IMG/VR virus record: IMGVR_UViG_3300047168_000120
Span: 1 to 64,000 of that record
Strand: one strand, 5' to 3'
Length of the DNA stretch: 64,000 nucleotides
From: a virus
The position numbers and the translations under genes are program-made. This document shows positions 29,773 to 39,204 of the stretch, piece by piece. The notes under the pieces were generated by a model. It was not told the DNA's origin. It worked only from the letters and a program-made list of their open reading frames with translations, and did no database searches. Each line of letters begins with the position of its first letter. Positions within the stretch are counted from its first letter, which is position 1.

Positions 29773-30573
29773 TCAGCTCCGGATCGTGGTTTTGTAGTCT
29801 TCAGAGATCTTGAGGCCGGGAATCGCGTCGATCCGGTTCTTGCCGTTGATTGCGGCCTTCACCTTGGACTCGTTGATCATCAGCCACTCCCGCGGCACCA
29901 GGTCGATGTTTTCGACCTCGAAGACGTACCGGATTGACCCGGACGACATGGAATAATTGCCACGAACCTGAGAAAATGCGGCGATGGGCGCGCCGGCGAC
30001 GCGGGCCGCCTGTTTGGCCTCTTCCGCCACGATCTCAGCCTGGTCCAGCATGTCGGCGCTCTCGGTCTGGATCGCGACCGCAGCCAGGCGGTCAGCGGCC
30101 ACCTTGGCGGCGGCGGCCTGCTCCTGCGCCAGCTTGCGCGCCGCTTCCGCCTTGTCCCGGGTAAACTTGGAAATTTTGGCCTCGATCGTTTTGACGGCTT
30201 TATCGAGGGGATCGTGGATGCCGAGGAAAAAGGCCTGCACCGCCTTGTCGGCCTGGAAAAACGGCGCTTTCACGATGACCCGGGTGTTTTCGACCAGCTT
30301 TGCCTGCGCCTTGATCTGGGCGCCCACGTCCGTTACGGCCGCCGCGTCGGCATCGGTTAGAATGCCGTCGGGATGATCGAGCCAAAAGTTGTCGCTCATC
30401 TCGATAAGGCGGTCCTTGCGCGTCAGCAGGGATTCATGCTCGACGCCAAGCAAATAGCGAAGACCTTCTGGGTCGAGCAGCTCAGCCCAGTTGGTTTGCG
30501 TCGCGCCCACATTATGGCCGATGGGGGCGGCGTTTTCCGAGTTGTTTTCAATACTTTGCAGGCGCAGTGACAT
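29773..30573 (-). CDS. Coiled-coil phage protein upstream of RecT
   Basis: C-term VENIDLVPREWL.INE..IPGLKI. Confidence 0.6.
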   Translation of the reverse strand: MSLRLQSIENNSENAAPIGHNVGATQTNWAELLDPEGLRYLLGVEHESLLTRKDRLIEMSDNFWLDHPDGILTDADAAAVTDVGAQIKAQAKLVENTRVIVKAPFFQADKAVQAFFLGIHDPLDKAVKTIEAKISKFTRDKAEAARKLAQEQAAAAKVAADRLAAVAIQTESADMLDQAEIVAEEAKQAARVAGAPIAAFSQVRGNYSMSSGSIRYVFEVENIDLVPREWLMINESKVKAAINGKNRIDAIPGLKISEDYKTTIRS

Positions 30574-30576
30574 GAT

Positions 30577-30918
30577 TTAACTCCAAACTGGTTGCATTTT
30601 TGTGAGGTCGACCGGCTGACGGGGATTAGCCGCGGGATGAGTCGGATCGTTCTTTTCGGCCCATGCTTTCAGCGCCAGGGCATGGTCGAACACTTCCTGG
30701 CTGACCATCTGGCCGCTTTCCCAAATCCGGACGATGGAACGGGATGCGAGGGGATCTTCTACCCTGGGTCCCTCCTCCACCCCGTTGATCTCGGCGCGCC
30801 ACCAACCGTTCTCCAGGATGATCCGGGCGGGCACGCGCTGCCCCTTTCGGACCAGGCGCAGCATGAAAATCCCGGGTTGCGGGGGCGATAGAATGTCGTG
30901 GGTATGTTCTTTCGGCAT
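30577..30918 (-). CDS. Hypothetical protein
   Basis: 113 aa; PGIFMLRLVRKG..PAANPRQPVDL. Confidence 0.6.
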   Translation of the reverse strand: MPKEHTHDILSPPQPGIFMLRLVRKGQRVPARIILENGWWRAEINGVEEGPRVEDPLASRSIVRIWESGQMVSQEVFDHALALKAWAEKNDPTHPAANPRQPVDLTKMQPVWS

Positions 30919-31011
30919 GCTAAACTATGGTCCTAAAAACACATTCGAGCCATTGCTCAGTGCGTTAAATGACACATTAAAATGTGGTTTACAAGTAAAA
31001 AGATGGCAATG

Positions 31012-31042
31012 AAAAACCCCCGAGGCCGAAGCCCCGGGGGTT
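31012..31042 (-). terminator. Intrinsic terminator closing the accessory-gene array
   Basis: CCCCCGGGGC-TTCG-GCCTCGGGGG-TTTTT on the minus strand. Confidence 0.8.
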
Positions 31043-31090
31043 GATAGCTGCCGCAAATGCGGCGACGGCAGGAATTGCTCGGTGTATGCC

Positions 31091-31333
31091 TTACAATTTG
31101 GTGTGCGGGACCAGCGACTGATTCAGCAGGGCGGCCAAGCGCTCCTGGCGCTCAGCATGGCGCACACCTTCCGCCTCAGCGGCCGGTATGCCCTTGTTGA
31201 TCAGATCGGCAATCGCGGTCGCCATAAACGAGTTGTCGCACATGGCGATCGCCTCGCCGTTGCGGTTCTGCACGATAGCTCCATTTGCCGTAACGGGCGT
31301 TTGAACCGTCGCGATGACGTCTAAATAGCTCAT
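31091..31333 (-). CDS. Small early protein
   Basis: GAGGAGAAAAAC-ATG. Confidence 0.7.
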   Translation of the reverse strand: MSYLDVIATVQTPVTANGAIVQNRNGEAIAMCDNSFMATAIADLINKGIPAAEAEGVRHAERQERLAALLNQSLVPHTKL

Positions 31334-31372
31334 GTTTTTCTCCTCAATGCCGGCTCATATGCCGGTGACCGC

Positions 31373-31660
31373 CTAGGCGGTTTCGCGCCGTTCGTAGGCT
31401 GGAAGGCCTTGGAGGCGCCGGTGCGTTTGATCCCGGAACGCAAATACAGCGTTCAGAGCGGCGTAGGAATCATCTTCTGCCTCAGGTACACCGGGAACCA
31501 GTAAGACGCCAGGCTCATAACCGTGCCTGGCACCTGCCTCGACGACCTCCCGCAGTTTGCTTTCGTTCGGCCACGCGGCGATCAGAAGCATGCCCTTTGG
31601 AATGCTCCGAGCGTTCGTGAACGTAATCAGGCCATTTCTATCGACATACGCTCTTGCCAT
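31373..31660 (-). CDS. Small early protein resembling a Mu-like-phage family often labelled host nuclease inhibitor
   Basis: ARHGY..LLVPGVPEA motif; strong RBS. Confidence 0.5.
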   Translation of the reverse strand: MARAYVDRNGLITFTNARSIPKGMLLIAAWPNESKLREVVEAGARHGYEPGVLLVPGVPEAEDDSYAALNAVFAFRDQTHRRLQGLPAYERRETA

Positions 31661-31705
31661 GTTTTTCTCCTCATAGCGCCACAATGGCGCCAACCCCGAA
31701 GGGTT

Positions 31706-32353
31706 TCAAATAACCGAATCGAGTATCCGGGCCGAAAGCACGGATATCTCGTAGGCTTCCTTCCAAGACCACACCTTCACGAAGGTGATCGGATAGGTGA
31801 CCATCTTACCATCGACAACGTGGACGACATCGATATGGGCATAATAGCCCTCGTTACCGCCACGTACCGGATAGCAGGCCGGCCAGCATCGGCCCTTTTC
31901 GCCGAGCGACTGCCAGCAGGGCCAAATATCATCCTTTGTGAGTTGAGAGTGACCCCACCTGCGATCTCTCCGATAAAAATTATCGGAGTCGCCAATGTGT
32001 GGAATGCCAGCATTACGCAATGCGATTTCAAGTTCCCTTAGAACGTCATCGATCTTGCGATTCTCCCAATCTATACATTCCCTCTTGGCAGATAGATCGA
32101 CATTGACATGTGGCTCAAATCCAGGCTTGGTCAGGAGCAGCTCCATCCAGTCATCCGACATGTTGGTAAATTGCTCCTGCCAGCCCTTGGCCATAGCCAT
32201 GGCTTCGATCGATGGGCGCAGATCCTGCAGAACGATGTCCTTGATGGGCTCGTCCGACGAGGACATGCGCTGCCATATGCGGCCCGCGGCAAAGCCGTGC
32301 GCATAGGAAGGCGATTGATCGGGAAAGGCAAAACTAAGTTGATATTCGGGCAT
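31706..32353 (-). CDS. Hypothetical protein
   Basis: GAGGAGAAAAAAC-ATG at 32353. Confidence 0.65.
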   Translation of the reverse strand: MPEYQLSFAFPDQSPSYAHGFAAGRIWQRMSSSDEPIKDIVLQDLRPSIEAMAMAKGWQEQFTNMSDDWMELLLTKPGFEPHVNVDLSAKRECIDWENRKIDDVLRELEIALRNAGIPHIGDSDNFYRRDRRWGHSQLTKDDIWPCWQSLGEKGRCWPACYPVRGGNEGYYAHIDVVHVVDGKMVTYPITFVKVWSWKEAYEISVLSARILDSVI

Positions 32354-32390
32354 GTTTTTTCTCCTCATGCTGCGGAATACAGCGACCGCG

Positions 32391-32783
32391 CTAAGCGGTT
32401 TCGGGGGTTGATCCGTGATCGGTTTCCCCTGCATCAAACAGCGCCTCCACACACTGATCGGAGAGTGCTTTGAGCTCCGCCCAATCTTCGTCATTTCCTC
32501 CATGCTGGCGCTGCTCGATTTCGTGGTCGATAATTGCCATACAGCGTTTCAGAAGTTCTGGGATCGCATTTTTGTGGGGTATTTCTTCGGTCTTTGTTTC
32601 ACCCCCGCAGTCGTCGCAATAAGCATGGTCATGGACTGATTCCAGTTCCCATTGTTGGGTTTCCAGGTTCCATGAAGCCCACGCATCTCGCTTGACATTT
32701 GGGCTTCGGCAAGACGAACAGACCACGTCGACAGGGTGAGGTATCCTCGTTTTGTCAACGTAAGGCGTGTTTGCGTAAGTCAT
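32391..32783 (-). CDS. Zn-ribbon hypothetical protein
   Basis: CSSCRSPNV.RDAWASW..Q.WEL..YCDDC. Confidence 0.65.
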   Translation of the reverse strand: MTYANTPYVDKTRIPHPVDVVCSSCRSPNVKRDAWASWNLETQQWELESVHDHAYCDDCGGETKTEEIPHKNAIPELLKRCMAIIDHEIEQRQHGGNDEDWAELKALSDQCVEALFDAGETDHGSTPETA

Positions 32784-32841
32784 ATGTTTCTCCTCACGCC
32801 GGCGGGATGCCGGCGACCCCGCAAGGGGTTTCGGTGGCCGG

Positions 32842-33417
32842 TTAGGCCGCGCCTTCCTTTTCGAGCCTCTTATCGAGGTCGCTGGTATCAGGAAGATCGA
32901 TGAAGTCCTTAATCGAATAGACGTGTACGAGCTCACTGCCATAGCGGCTCGCATTACCCTCGGGTTTTTCGACAATGTCGTAAAATTCGAGAGTTTCATC
33001 GTCCAGGTTCAAAATATAGCCGTATTCGCACCAGCTTTTCGGCTCAATGCCGAAGTTGCCGTCCAGGAAGACGCCGGCGTCTAGGCGTTGGAGGATCGAC
33101 CCTTGATGTTTCCGGCACAGGCAATACCAATCCTTGGTCGACTGTTTGGAAACGCTCAGATCGACGGCGCCCAGTTGTTGCATTTTGCGGATATCGCCAT
33201 CCGAAGGCGTGGAGTCTTGTGCAATCAGGCGCGCTGTACGCGCCTTTTGCTTCAGTTCGCCAATTACGTCTTCGTAAACGCGATTCTTGAAACGCTCCTG
33301 AAGCTCGGCCAATATCTCGGCGCCAACGCCGCTGGGGTAGCCGTCGAACTGATTGTACGAAAGCTTGTCGGCCTGGTCGATGCGAATACCGCATACTGAT
33401 CTTGTACCAATTTTCAT
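32842..33417 (-). CDS. Conserved phage protein (GTR..Y..DGYP..G..EYGY family)
   Basis: GTRS..YNQFDGYPSGVG..CEYGYILNLD. Confidence 0.65.
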   Translation of the reverse strand: MKIGTRSVCGIRIDQADKLSYNQFDGYPSGVGAEILAELQERFKNRVYEDVIGELKQKARTARLIAQDSTPSDGDIRKMQQLGAVDLSVSKQSTKDWYCLCRKHQGSILQRLDAGVFLDGNFGIEPKSWCEYGYILNLDDETLEFYDIVEKPEGNASRYGSELVHVYSIKDFIDLPDTSDLDKRLEKEGAA

Positions 33418-33471
33418 TCTCCTAATTAAAGTTTTCAAAAGCAGCTGTCTGCTGCAACCCCGGAAGGGGTT

Positions 33472-33717
33472 TCAGGTGTCGGGCAGGTCGGATTGCTCAC
33501 ACCGGACGACAAGTTCTTCGGTTCCGACGGCGTCCATGTATTCGAAATACCGGTCGATCGCCTCGGAATCATCCTTGGGAATCGGGCCTTCGACACCTTC
33601 TGGCCCCCAATTCGCGCGCGCATAGGCTGCGAGCTGGGATGTCAGGCCGGCCTCTGTTTTGTCCGAATAGGCGTTATACCCGTGGACGTGCCGCACTACG
33701 GCAACCCAAATTTTCAT
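33472..33717 (-). CDS. Small hypothetical protein
   Basis: GAGGAGAAAAC-ATG. Confidence 0.65.
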   Translation of the reverse strand: MKIWVAVVRHVHGYNAYSDKTEAGLTSQLAAYARANWGPEGVEGPIPKDDSEAIDRYFEYMDAVGTEELVVRCEQSDLPDT

Positions 33718-33811
33718 GTTTTCTCCTCTTCATTGGCGGCGCTGATGCCGCCGACCCGCGCGAGCGGGTTGCAGACAGTGTACTCAATGGCCGGTGAACC
33801 GGCCGACCGCA

Positions 33812-34108
33812 TTAAGCGGTTTCGCTGGGCGTCCCAAAGATCATTTCTGCGTCACGCTCATATTCCTGAACGGCCTTTTTCGCCGATGCTTCAAGAAATT
33901 CCCGCTGGCCTGGCTGTTCGATTGGATCCGATATTTGCTCGACTTGAATCATAAGCCCTTTTCCCAGGAATTCCTCGGGCGTTTGGGAATCGTATTCGTT
34001 CTCAAGGAACCCTACGAACCGGTTGAGGGCAGAATAAACCATCATGGCGAGAATCACGTATTTTCGCTCATTGGCGGTTTGGACCTTTGGATCGTCTGAA
34101 TTTTCCAT
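33812..34108 (-). CDS. Small hypothetical protein
   Basis: GAGGAGAAAAAC-ATG at 34108. Confidence 0.65.
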   Translation of the reverse strand: MENSDDPKVQTANERKYVILAMMVYSALNRFVGFLENEYDSQTPEEFLGKGLMIQVEQISDPIEQPGQREFLEASAKKAVQEYERDAEMIFGTPSETA

Positions 34109-34182
34109 GTTTTTCTCCTCATGGCGCCACAATGACGCCAACCGCCTTTCAGGCGGTTTCCTCAGAACGCATCACGCGCGCA

Positions 34183-34392
34183 TCAGATTTCCGACGGGAT
34201 GATCTTGATGAGCAAATAGGACGGTTCTTCATCCGCGTTGCCCTGCTGCTCATCAAGATCAGCGCCAAGGGTGTCTTCCAGTTCCTCGGGGATATTGTCG
34301 AACAATTTGCGGGCCTGTTTGCGGGTGATTACCGTACCGCTCCAGTTATCGGGCTGAGCGGCCGGCCAGGTATCTAAAATATCGTCTGGCAT
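34183..34392 (-). CDS. Small acidic hypothetical protein
   Basis: GAGGAGAAAGAT-ATG. Confidence 0.6.
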   Translation of the reverse strand: MPDDILDTWPAAQPDNWSGTVITRKQARKLFDNIPEELEDTLGADLDEQQGNADEEPSYLLIKIIPSEI

Positions 34393-34454
34393 ATCTTTCT
34401 CCTCATGCTGCGGAATTGCAGCGACACACCGCCCCTTTGGGGGCGGCGGTTTCC

Positions 34455-35654
34455 TTAGAACGCGTTACGCGCCGCTTTATCCATGACCTTGGCGCCGATC
34501 CGTTCGAGATCGAGGCGGCGGTCCTGGTGCTCAATGGTGCGAGCGACGGCGGTAATGCCCTGGCAGAAATCCCAGGCGCTGGTGGCAGGATGACCTTCCT
34601 CGCGTTCCACGGTATCCAGGATCTTCCGGCTTTGAACCTTTGAAAAATCCAGGGTCTTGAGAAACGCCATGCGGTCATCGTCGTCACGCGCGACTTTGGC
34701 TTCCTTGGCAGCGGTAATGCCGGCGATGAGCTTGTTGGGCTCACTGAGGGCATAACGCTTCAGGGCGGGTTCCGCGTCGCGTGCAAAGCGATCCGGCGCG
34801 AAACGCGTGTGGTTGATCTTCATGGTGTCAAACCCTTCGACACCCCAGAGATTGCGGTTCATGCAAACGCCGCGCAGCATGAAAGTAGCGATGCCGAGCG
34901 ACCTGCTGCCCACCTCAGAGTTCCAGGCATAGAAGCCGCGGAACACGTAATCGGGATCGCCGTTATCCAGCTTACCGATTTCGATGGGATGCGTGTCGTC
35001 AACCAGGAAAAGAAACACGTCGCGATCCGATGCATACAGCGTCGTACTCTCGGTCGTGGGCGAAACGTACGGATTGTACGTCTGTTTCGCCCAGTCAATC
35101 TGCCCCGGGATTTTCCAGCAGGTATCACCCGTCCCGTCGCCGGCGATGCGTTGCACCGCTTCGCCGAGCGTATGGTCCATGATCCGGCCGTAGCCGTCGC
35201 TGGTGAAGGCCCGTGCGTGGCGCGATTTGTCGTTCCAATAAAGCATGGAATTGAGATCGCGCTTCACGGTCAGGTCATCCATCAGATTGACCGCCGTGAG
35301 AAAGGCCGGCTTTTCACGCAGATACGAAGCAGGTGCGCCCGCGAGCGAGCACATCTGGCCGAATACATGGTGGGTAAGACCCAGCGGCTCACCACCATCG
35401 GGCGGCGCCAGGAACAGATTTCGTGTGTCTTCCTTGCTTGCGACAAGGCGCAGATCGCGGGCATCGATGACATCTTCCTTCATCCCGACGGAGCGGGCTT
35501 CGAGAGAGGCCATGAGCGCGGAAATGCTCGTGAACCGCTGGTCGGCCGGCCGCGAAAACCATTCCTGGCTGACGCGGCTGTTGTTAGAGCCACGCGTCGC
35601 ATCGATGCGGCGCTCCCCGACCACCGGGGTATTGTCAATGATGTGTGTATCCAT
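34455..35654 (-). CDS. DUF932-family protein
   Basis: SQEWFSRPADQRF..LYASDRDVFLFLVD..RGFYAWNSEVG..CMNRNLWG. Confidence 0.8.
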   Translation of the reverse strand: MDTHIIDNTPVVGERRIDATRGSNNSRVSQEWFSRPADQRFTSISALMASLEARSVGMKEDVIDARDLRLVASKEDTRNLFLAPPDGGEPLGLTHHVFGQMCSLAGAPASYLREKPAFLTAVNLMDDLTVKRDLNSMLYWNDKSRHARAFTSDGYGRIMDHTLGEAVQRIAGDGTGDTCWKIPGQIDWAKQTYNPYVSPTTESTTLYASDRDVFLFLVDDTHPIEIGKLDNGDPDYVFRGFYAWNSEVGSRSLGIATFMLRGVCMNRNLWGVEGFDTMKINHTRFAPDRFARDAEPALKRYALSEPNKLIAGITAAKEAKVARDDDDRMAFLKTLDFSKVQSRKILDTVEREEGHPATSAWDFCQGITAVARTIEHQDRRLDLERIGAKVMDKAARNAF

Positions 35655-35845
35655 TCTTCGATTCTCCTTTTCAGTTGCAGCGTCGCGCCTCGCGGAATTG
35701 CGAAAGCGTTATCTGCGGACCCCGGAGGGTTTCGGGAGGTATTACACACTAATATGTGTTTTTTGGAAGAAAAGTAAAGAATAAAAATGTGTTTCTGAAA
35801 TGATTTTCCAGCCAGCGAAATGCTGGCAACCGGCCGGAGCCGGTT

Positions 35846-36445
35846 TCATCTTTCTACGTGCTTGAGCACCTTGCGCTGAATTTCATTGGCGAGGCCAAAA
35901 TAGGTCAGCCGCATCATGGGGTCGCTCAGCATGCTTTCCGCTTCCGCTTCCGCGGGGAATTTGGACCCCACGGAATCCAAAACCGCTTTGTTTTCCGGGT
36001 TAGCCCGGAACATTGCGGTTTTGGTGGCCCAGATGTAGAGCTCTGCCATGTGCTCGCTAAGAGGTGCTTCCAGGGAAGCCTCATACATCACCATGGCGAA
36101 TTCAGTCGGACCGACTGGAAGTTCGGTCAGGGCGAGCGCCCATTTCAGGCGATCAGCGACGATGAAGTGTTTGAACTGCTCGTTTTGCGTCAGTGGATGA
36201 TGCTGGAGCTCGCGCGTGCGGCTATGGCAGATGATAGGTCCGCCAACGAATTTAATCCGATAGCCAGCGATCTTCAGACGATGAATTCCGGCGCCAAGCG
36301 ATAGCATCGCGGCGATAAGCTGCCCGCTCATGCCAATCAGCGCCAGAGGCTCCAGCCTTTGATAGAGGCTTTCAGCCACGGATTTTTCGTCTGGAAAATT
36401 AGTCCGAGCCGCATCATCCATGATGTTCAAAATGTTCTGGTCCAT
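35846..36445 (-). CDS. Hypothetical protein
   Basis: 199 aa, strong RBS. Confidence 0.65.
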   Translation of the reverse strand: MDQNILNIMDDAARTNFPDEKSVAESLYQRLEPLALIGMSGQLIAAMLSLGAGIHRLKIAGYRIKFVGGPIICHSRTRELQHHPLTQNEQFKHFIVADRLKWALALTELPVGPTEFAMVMYEASLEAPLSEHMAELYIWATKTAMFRANPENKAVLDSVGSKFPAEAEAESMLSDPMMRLTYFGLANEIQRKVLKHVER

Positions 36446-36493
36446 GTTTTTCTCCTCAATACCGGCAGGGATGCCGGCAACCCCAAAGGGGTT

Positions 36494-36844
36494 TCAGGAA
36501 GCGCGGATCAGCCGGCTCACGGCCAGGATGCCATTCTCATCACGTTCAGCGCCTTGATAGGGGCTGGTTGCCGGGTAAACGATATCGGTCCTGTCCGGGC
36601 AAAGTTTTGCCGCGGCAAGAGCCGCTATCTGGCTCACGATGAGATAGGTTTTTGGCCGGGAATCCGGCAGGTTCTGGATGCCGATTGTGCGGCTTGGCGC
36701 GTGGATCGTAACGCCATCCTCTGAAGTGACGGCTGGCCCCATGCGCGTTTTTATTCGCACCGGGGGACCATCAGGTTCAATGATCCTCACGCATCCGTCG
36801 CATTTCAGCGATATGACGTGGGGTGTTAAATTCAAGATTTTCAT
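36494..36844 (-). CDS. Conserved phage NLTPH-motif protein
   Basis: MKILNLTPH..LP..YLIVS..R.DIVYP..RDENG. Confidence 0.65.
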   Translation of the reverse strand: MKILNLTPHVISLKCDGCVRIIEPDGPPVRIKTRMGPAVTSEDGVTIHAPSRTIGIQNLPDSRPKTYLIVSQIAALAAAKLCPDRTDIVYPATSPYQGAERDENGILAVSRLIRAS

Positions 36845-36890
36845 GGGGGTTCTCAAACCGGCGGGATGCCGGCAACCGGCCGGGCCGGTT

Positions 36891-37211
36891 TCAGAAGGTA
36901 GGACGGGCTTTTTTGCGGGCCACCAGATGTTTTAAAGACCTTATTTTCCCGATGGGATATGTGCGGGTCATTGATTTCAACGTCGATCCGAAGCGGCGCT
37001 CCAACTTCACCTCAATGAAGCTATTTTTAGCCAGCTTGCAGAAAGCGAAATCGCCACCTTTTTCCTTTAAAAGCTCCGAAACAAATGTTTCGATGTTCGC
37101 AGCGCGTTTGCGCTTGCACCGAGACATGTCTGCAGTCAATGACATCTGGCAAAGAGTGCCGTCATAAATTGGACCGATCATATGACCGTGCAAAGTGGTT
37201 GAAATTCTCAT
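36891..37211 (-). CDS. Small basic hypothetical protein
   Basis: GAGGAGAAAAAC-ATG at 37211. Confidence 0.6.
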   Translation of the reverse strand: MRISTTLHGHMIGPIYDGTLCQMSLTADMSRCKRKRAANIETFVSELLKEKGGDFAFCKLAKNSFIEVKLERRFGSTLKSMTRTYPIGKIRSLKHLVARKKARPTF

Positions 37212-37259
37212 GTTTTTCTCCTCATGGCGCCACAATGGCGCCAACCGGCTGTGCCGGTT

Positions 37260-37754
37260 TCAATCAAGCAGGTGCTTCACCTGCCCATCGATCAGACTGT
37301 GAACCAACTCCTCAGATAGATCGTCCAGGATCGCCTGAGACAGATCTTGAACCTCAAGAAAACGCAACTCGCCAACGCGATCCGCGATATCTCTATTGGC
37401 CCATCGTTCACATATATTTTCGATCAAGCTTCCATCTGAATGGAGATTGGCACTTCGAAAGAGTTCCTCTTTCGAGGTTGCTACGATCTCTGACCAGGCC
37501 GCTCTGATTTGTGGGTTTTTCCAGTGTTTTTTTTCGATGAGCAGGACGATTTCACTATCGGTAGGAACAACAGGCGTCGGGATTTTTTTATGAACGCGGT
37601 GGCCGAGGTAGTGAAGCATCGCGAACGTTACTTCGATATCCTCGCCAACCGCCAAACCGGCGTAGTTTTCCAGGTTTTCATCTTCATTGCTGAAATAATC
37701 CCAGCATGCTGTTCCGGCATCCTTTTCAGGAGTTTCGAAAATTGTGAAGTTCAT
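37260..37754 (-). CDS. Hypothetical protein
   Basis: GAGGAAAAC-ATG. Confidence 0.6.
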   Translation of the reverse strand: MNFTIFETPEKDAGTACWDYFSNEDENLENYAGLAVGEDIEVTFAMLHYLGHRVHKKIPTPVVPTDSEIVLLIEKKHWKNPQIRAAWSEIVATSKEELFRSANLHSDGSLIENICERWANRDIADRVGELRFLEVQDLSQAILDDLSEELVHSLIDGQVKHLLD

Positions 37755-37797
37755 GTTTTCCTCATGCTCACCGGGGATATCCGGCGGCGACCGCCTT

Positions 37798-38055
37798 TCA
37801 GACGGTTTCTGGAAATGTCCAGTTGTAGGGCGGCTCGTCTATGAAGACGGCAGCCCTGGCTTCTTCTGAGCCGTTTCGATTCGAGGCTGCGATCTTCAGT
37901 ATAGAATAGTCGCTGTAACCCGCCAGCATCCGAACCACATTCCACCAGGATTCTGGATCGTAGCAAAGCCGGGCGATTTCCCGCGGGGTCATCTGCAGGG
38001 ATGAATTATCCTCGAATTTCACGGCAAGATAATCTTCTTGTCTTGCGCGTGGCAT
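37798..38055 (-). CDS. Small hypothetical protein
   Basis: GGAGAAAAAAC-ATG at 38055. Confidence 0.6.
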   Translation of the reverse strand: MPRARQEDYLAVKFEDNSSLQMTPREIARLCYDPESWWNVVRMLAGYSDYSILKIAASNRNGSEEARAAVFIDEPPYNWTFPETV

Positions 38056-38091
38056 GTTTTTTCTCCGCCGGCGGGATGCCGGCAACCGCCT

Positions 38092-38331
38092 TCAGGCGGT
38101 TTCTTTTTGGCGAGTAGGTATATGGAATGCATCAGCCGGTTCAACACATCTCTCAATGTTGCCTTCCGGCGCCAGCTCGTAGATATAAATCTGGAACAGT
38201 CCAATACCCAGCTCGCCATTGTGAGCCTGCGTGATAAAGACATCACGCGCAGCCTTGGCTTTTTCCAGGCTCGGATACTGACCGAATATATGAAGGTCAT
38301 CTCCTCGCCAAACCTGGACTTGGTGTTTCAT
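38092..38331 (-). CDS. Small hypothetical protein
   Basis: Follows a GAGGAG RBS; ends ETA* inside a repeat element. Confidence 0.55.
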   Translation of the reverse strand: MKHQVQVWRGDDLHIFGQYPSLEKAKAARDVFITQAHNGELGIGLFQIYIYELAPEGNIERCVEPADAFHIPTRQKETA

Positions 38332-38393
38332 GACATGTTTCTCCTCAATGCGGCGAATGCCGCGAATACCAGACGTTCCCGCCTGGTATTTTC

Positions 38394-38528
38394 CTAAAGG
38401 CCGAGCAGTTTCACGATCAGGAAGATCGTGATGCCGACGGCCAAAGCGTCGCCGACGCGCCCAATAAACGAAAGAATGATGGCGACTGCGATCAGCGTTC
38501 CGAAGAACTCACCGATGAGTGTCAGCAT
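38394..38528 (-). CDS. 44-aa membrane peptide (not in the ORF track)
   Basis: MLTLIGEFFGTLIAVAIILSFIGRVGDALAVGITIFLIVKLLGL*; the stop abuts the last repeat element. Confidence 0.5.
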   Translation of the reverse strand: MLTLIGEFFGTLIAVAIILSFIGRVGDALAVGITIFLIVKLLGL

Positions 38529-38706
38529 CTTCCACCGTTTTGATTTGGACGGCGCCGCGCGCCGCTTGTTGAATGGCCAGCGGTTCGCTCATGTTGAAGC
38601 GCTTGCCGCCGGAGAAGTACCAGCACTTGGTTCGACCCGTGCTGGAGTATTTTCGGAACACCGTGATTACGGATTTTCCGGGTTCGGTGTTTTCCACATT
38701 GCTCAC
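38509..38706 (-). CDS. Small hypothetical protein
   Basis: GTGA overlap with the upstream gene. Confidence 0.45.
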   Translation of the reverse strand: MSNVENTEPGKSVITVFRKYSSTGRTKCWYFSGGKRFNMSEPLAIQQAARGAVQIKTVEDADTHR

Positions 38707-39131
38707 GCTGCGACCAGGCTCAGATTTGTGTCTGATTTCTGGACCCAGAGCGGATATCGCTGGAATTTCAGGCCGCGCAGGCTGATCGGAGCGTCCAGCA
38801 ACGTGATGCTGTCGGAATCGATCTCCCCGGCGCGCGCCGGCGGTTCGCCGGCGGCCGTGGACAGGGCGATAAAATATCGCGTCCCGTCCGGCCGGAAGGT
38901 CTGACCATTGCAGCGCACAAGAAGCGCTTCATGGTCTTCGGCCCGGTGATGACCATAAATCACCAATTCCAGCTTCCCGGTCGGAAATTCGTAGCTTGGC
39001 CCCACCCGATAGGCATGGGTCAACGTTTTGCAATACAGATCGACGAAAGCCGGCTTGAACCGGCGCAGCAGATATTTCCGCGTTTTGGGCGGGATATCGA
39101 CTGCAATTCGCACAAAGGATGTGTTTGTCAT
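38703..39131 (-). CDS. Hypothetical protein, first gene of the leftward array
   Basis: AAGGAG RBS; AT-rich promoter/operator upstream. Confidence 0.6.
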   Translation of the reverse strand: MTNTSFVRIAVDIPPKTRKYLLRRFKPAFVDLYCKTLTHAYRVGPSYEFPTGKLELVIYGHHRAEDHEALLVRCNGQTFRPDGTRYFIALSTAAGEPPARAGEIDSDSITLLDAPISLRGLKFQRYPLWVQKSDTNLSLVAA

Positions 39132-39204
39132 TCGACTAACTCCTTATTTTTATGGCATTATTGCCTATCGATATATAATGATTCCGGTTCCAAAATCAAG
39201 ATAA

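Larger units (their letters stand above)
31340..38393 (-). repeat. 17 intergenic copies of a double-hairpin element GAAAC-hairpin-GT(C/T)-hairpin-N1-2-TGA(GGAG); two more at 44669-44707 and 45084-45122
   Basis: One copy at essentially every gene junction, with covarying stems (see findings). Confidence 0.85.

Noticed and set aside
31340-38393. Calling the elements confirmed hammerhead ribozymes or intrinsic terminators
   Set aside because: The C3-G8 pair and stem II are mostly absent and there are no poly-U tails on the coding strand; kept only as a hypothesis.
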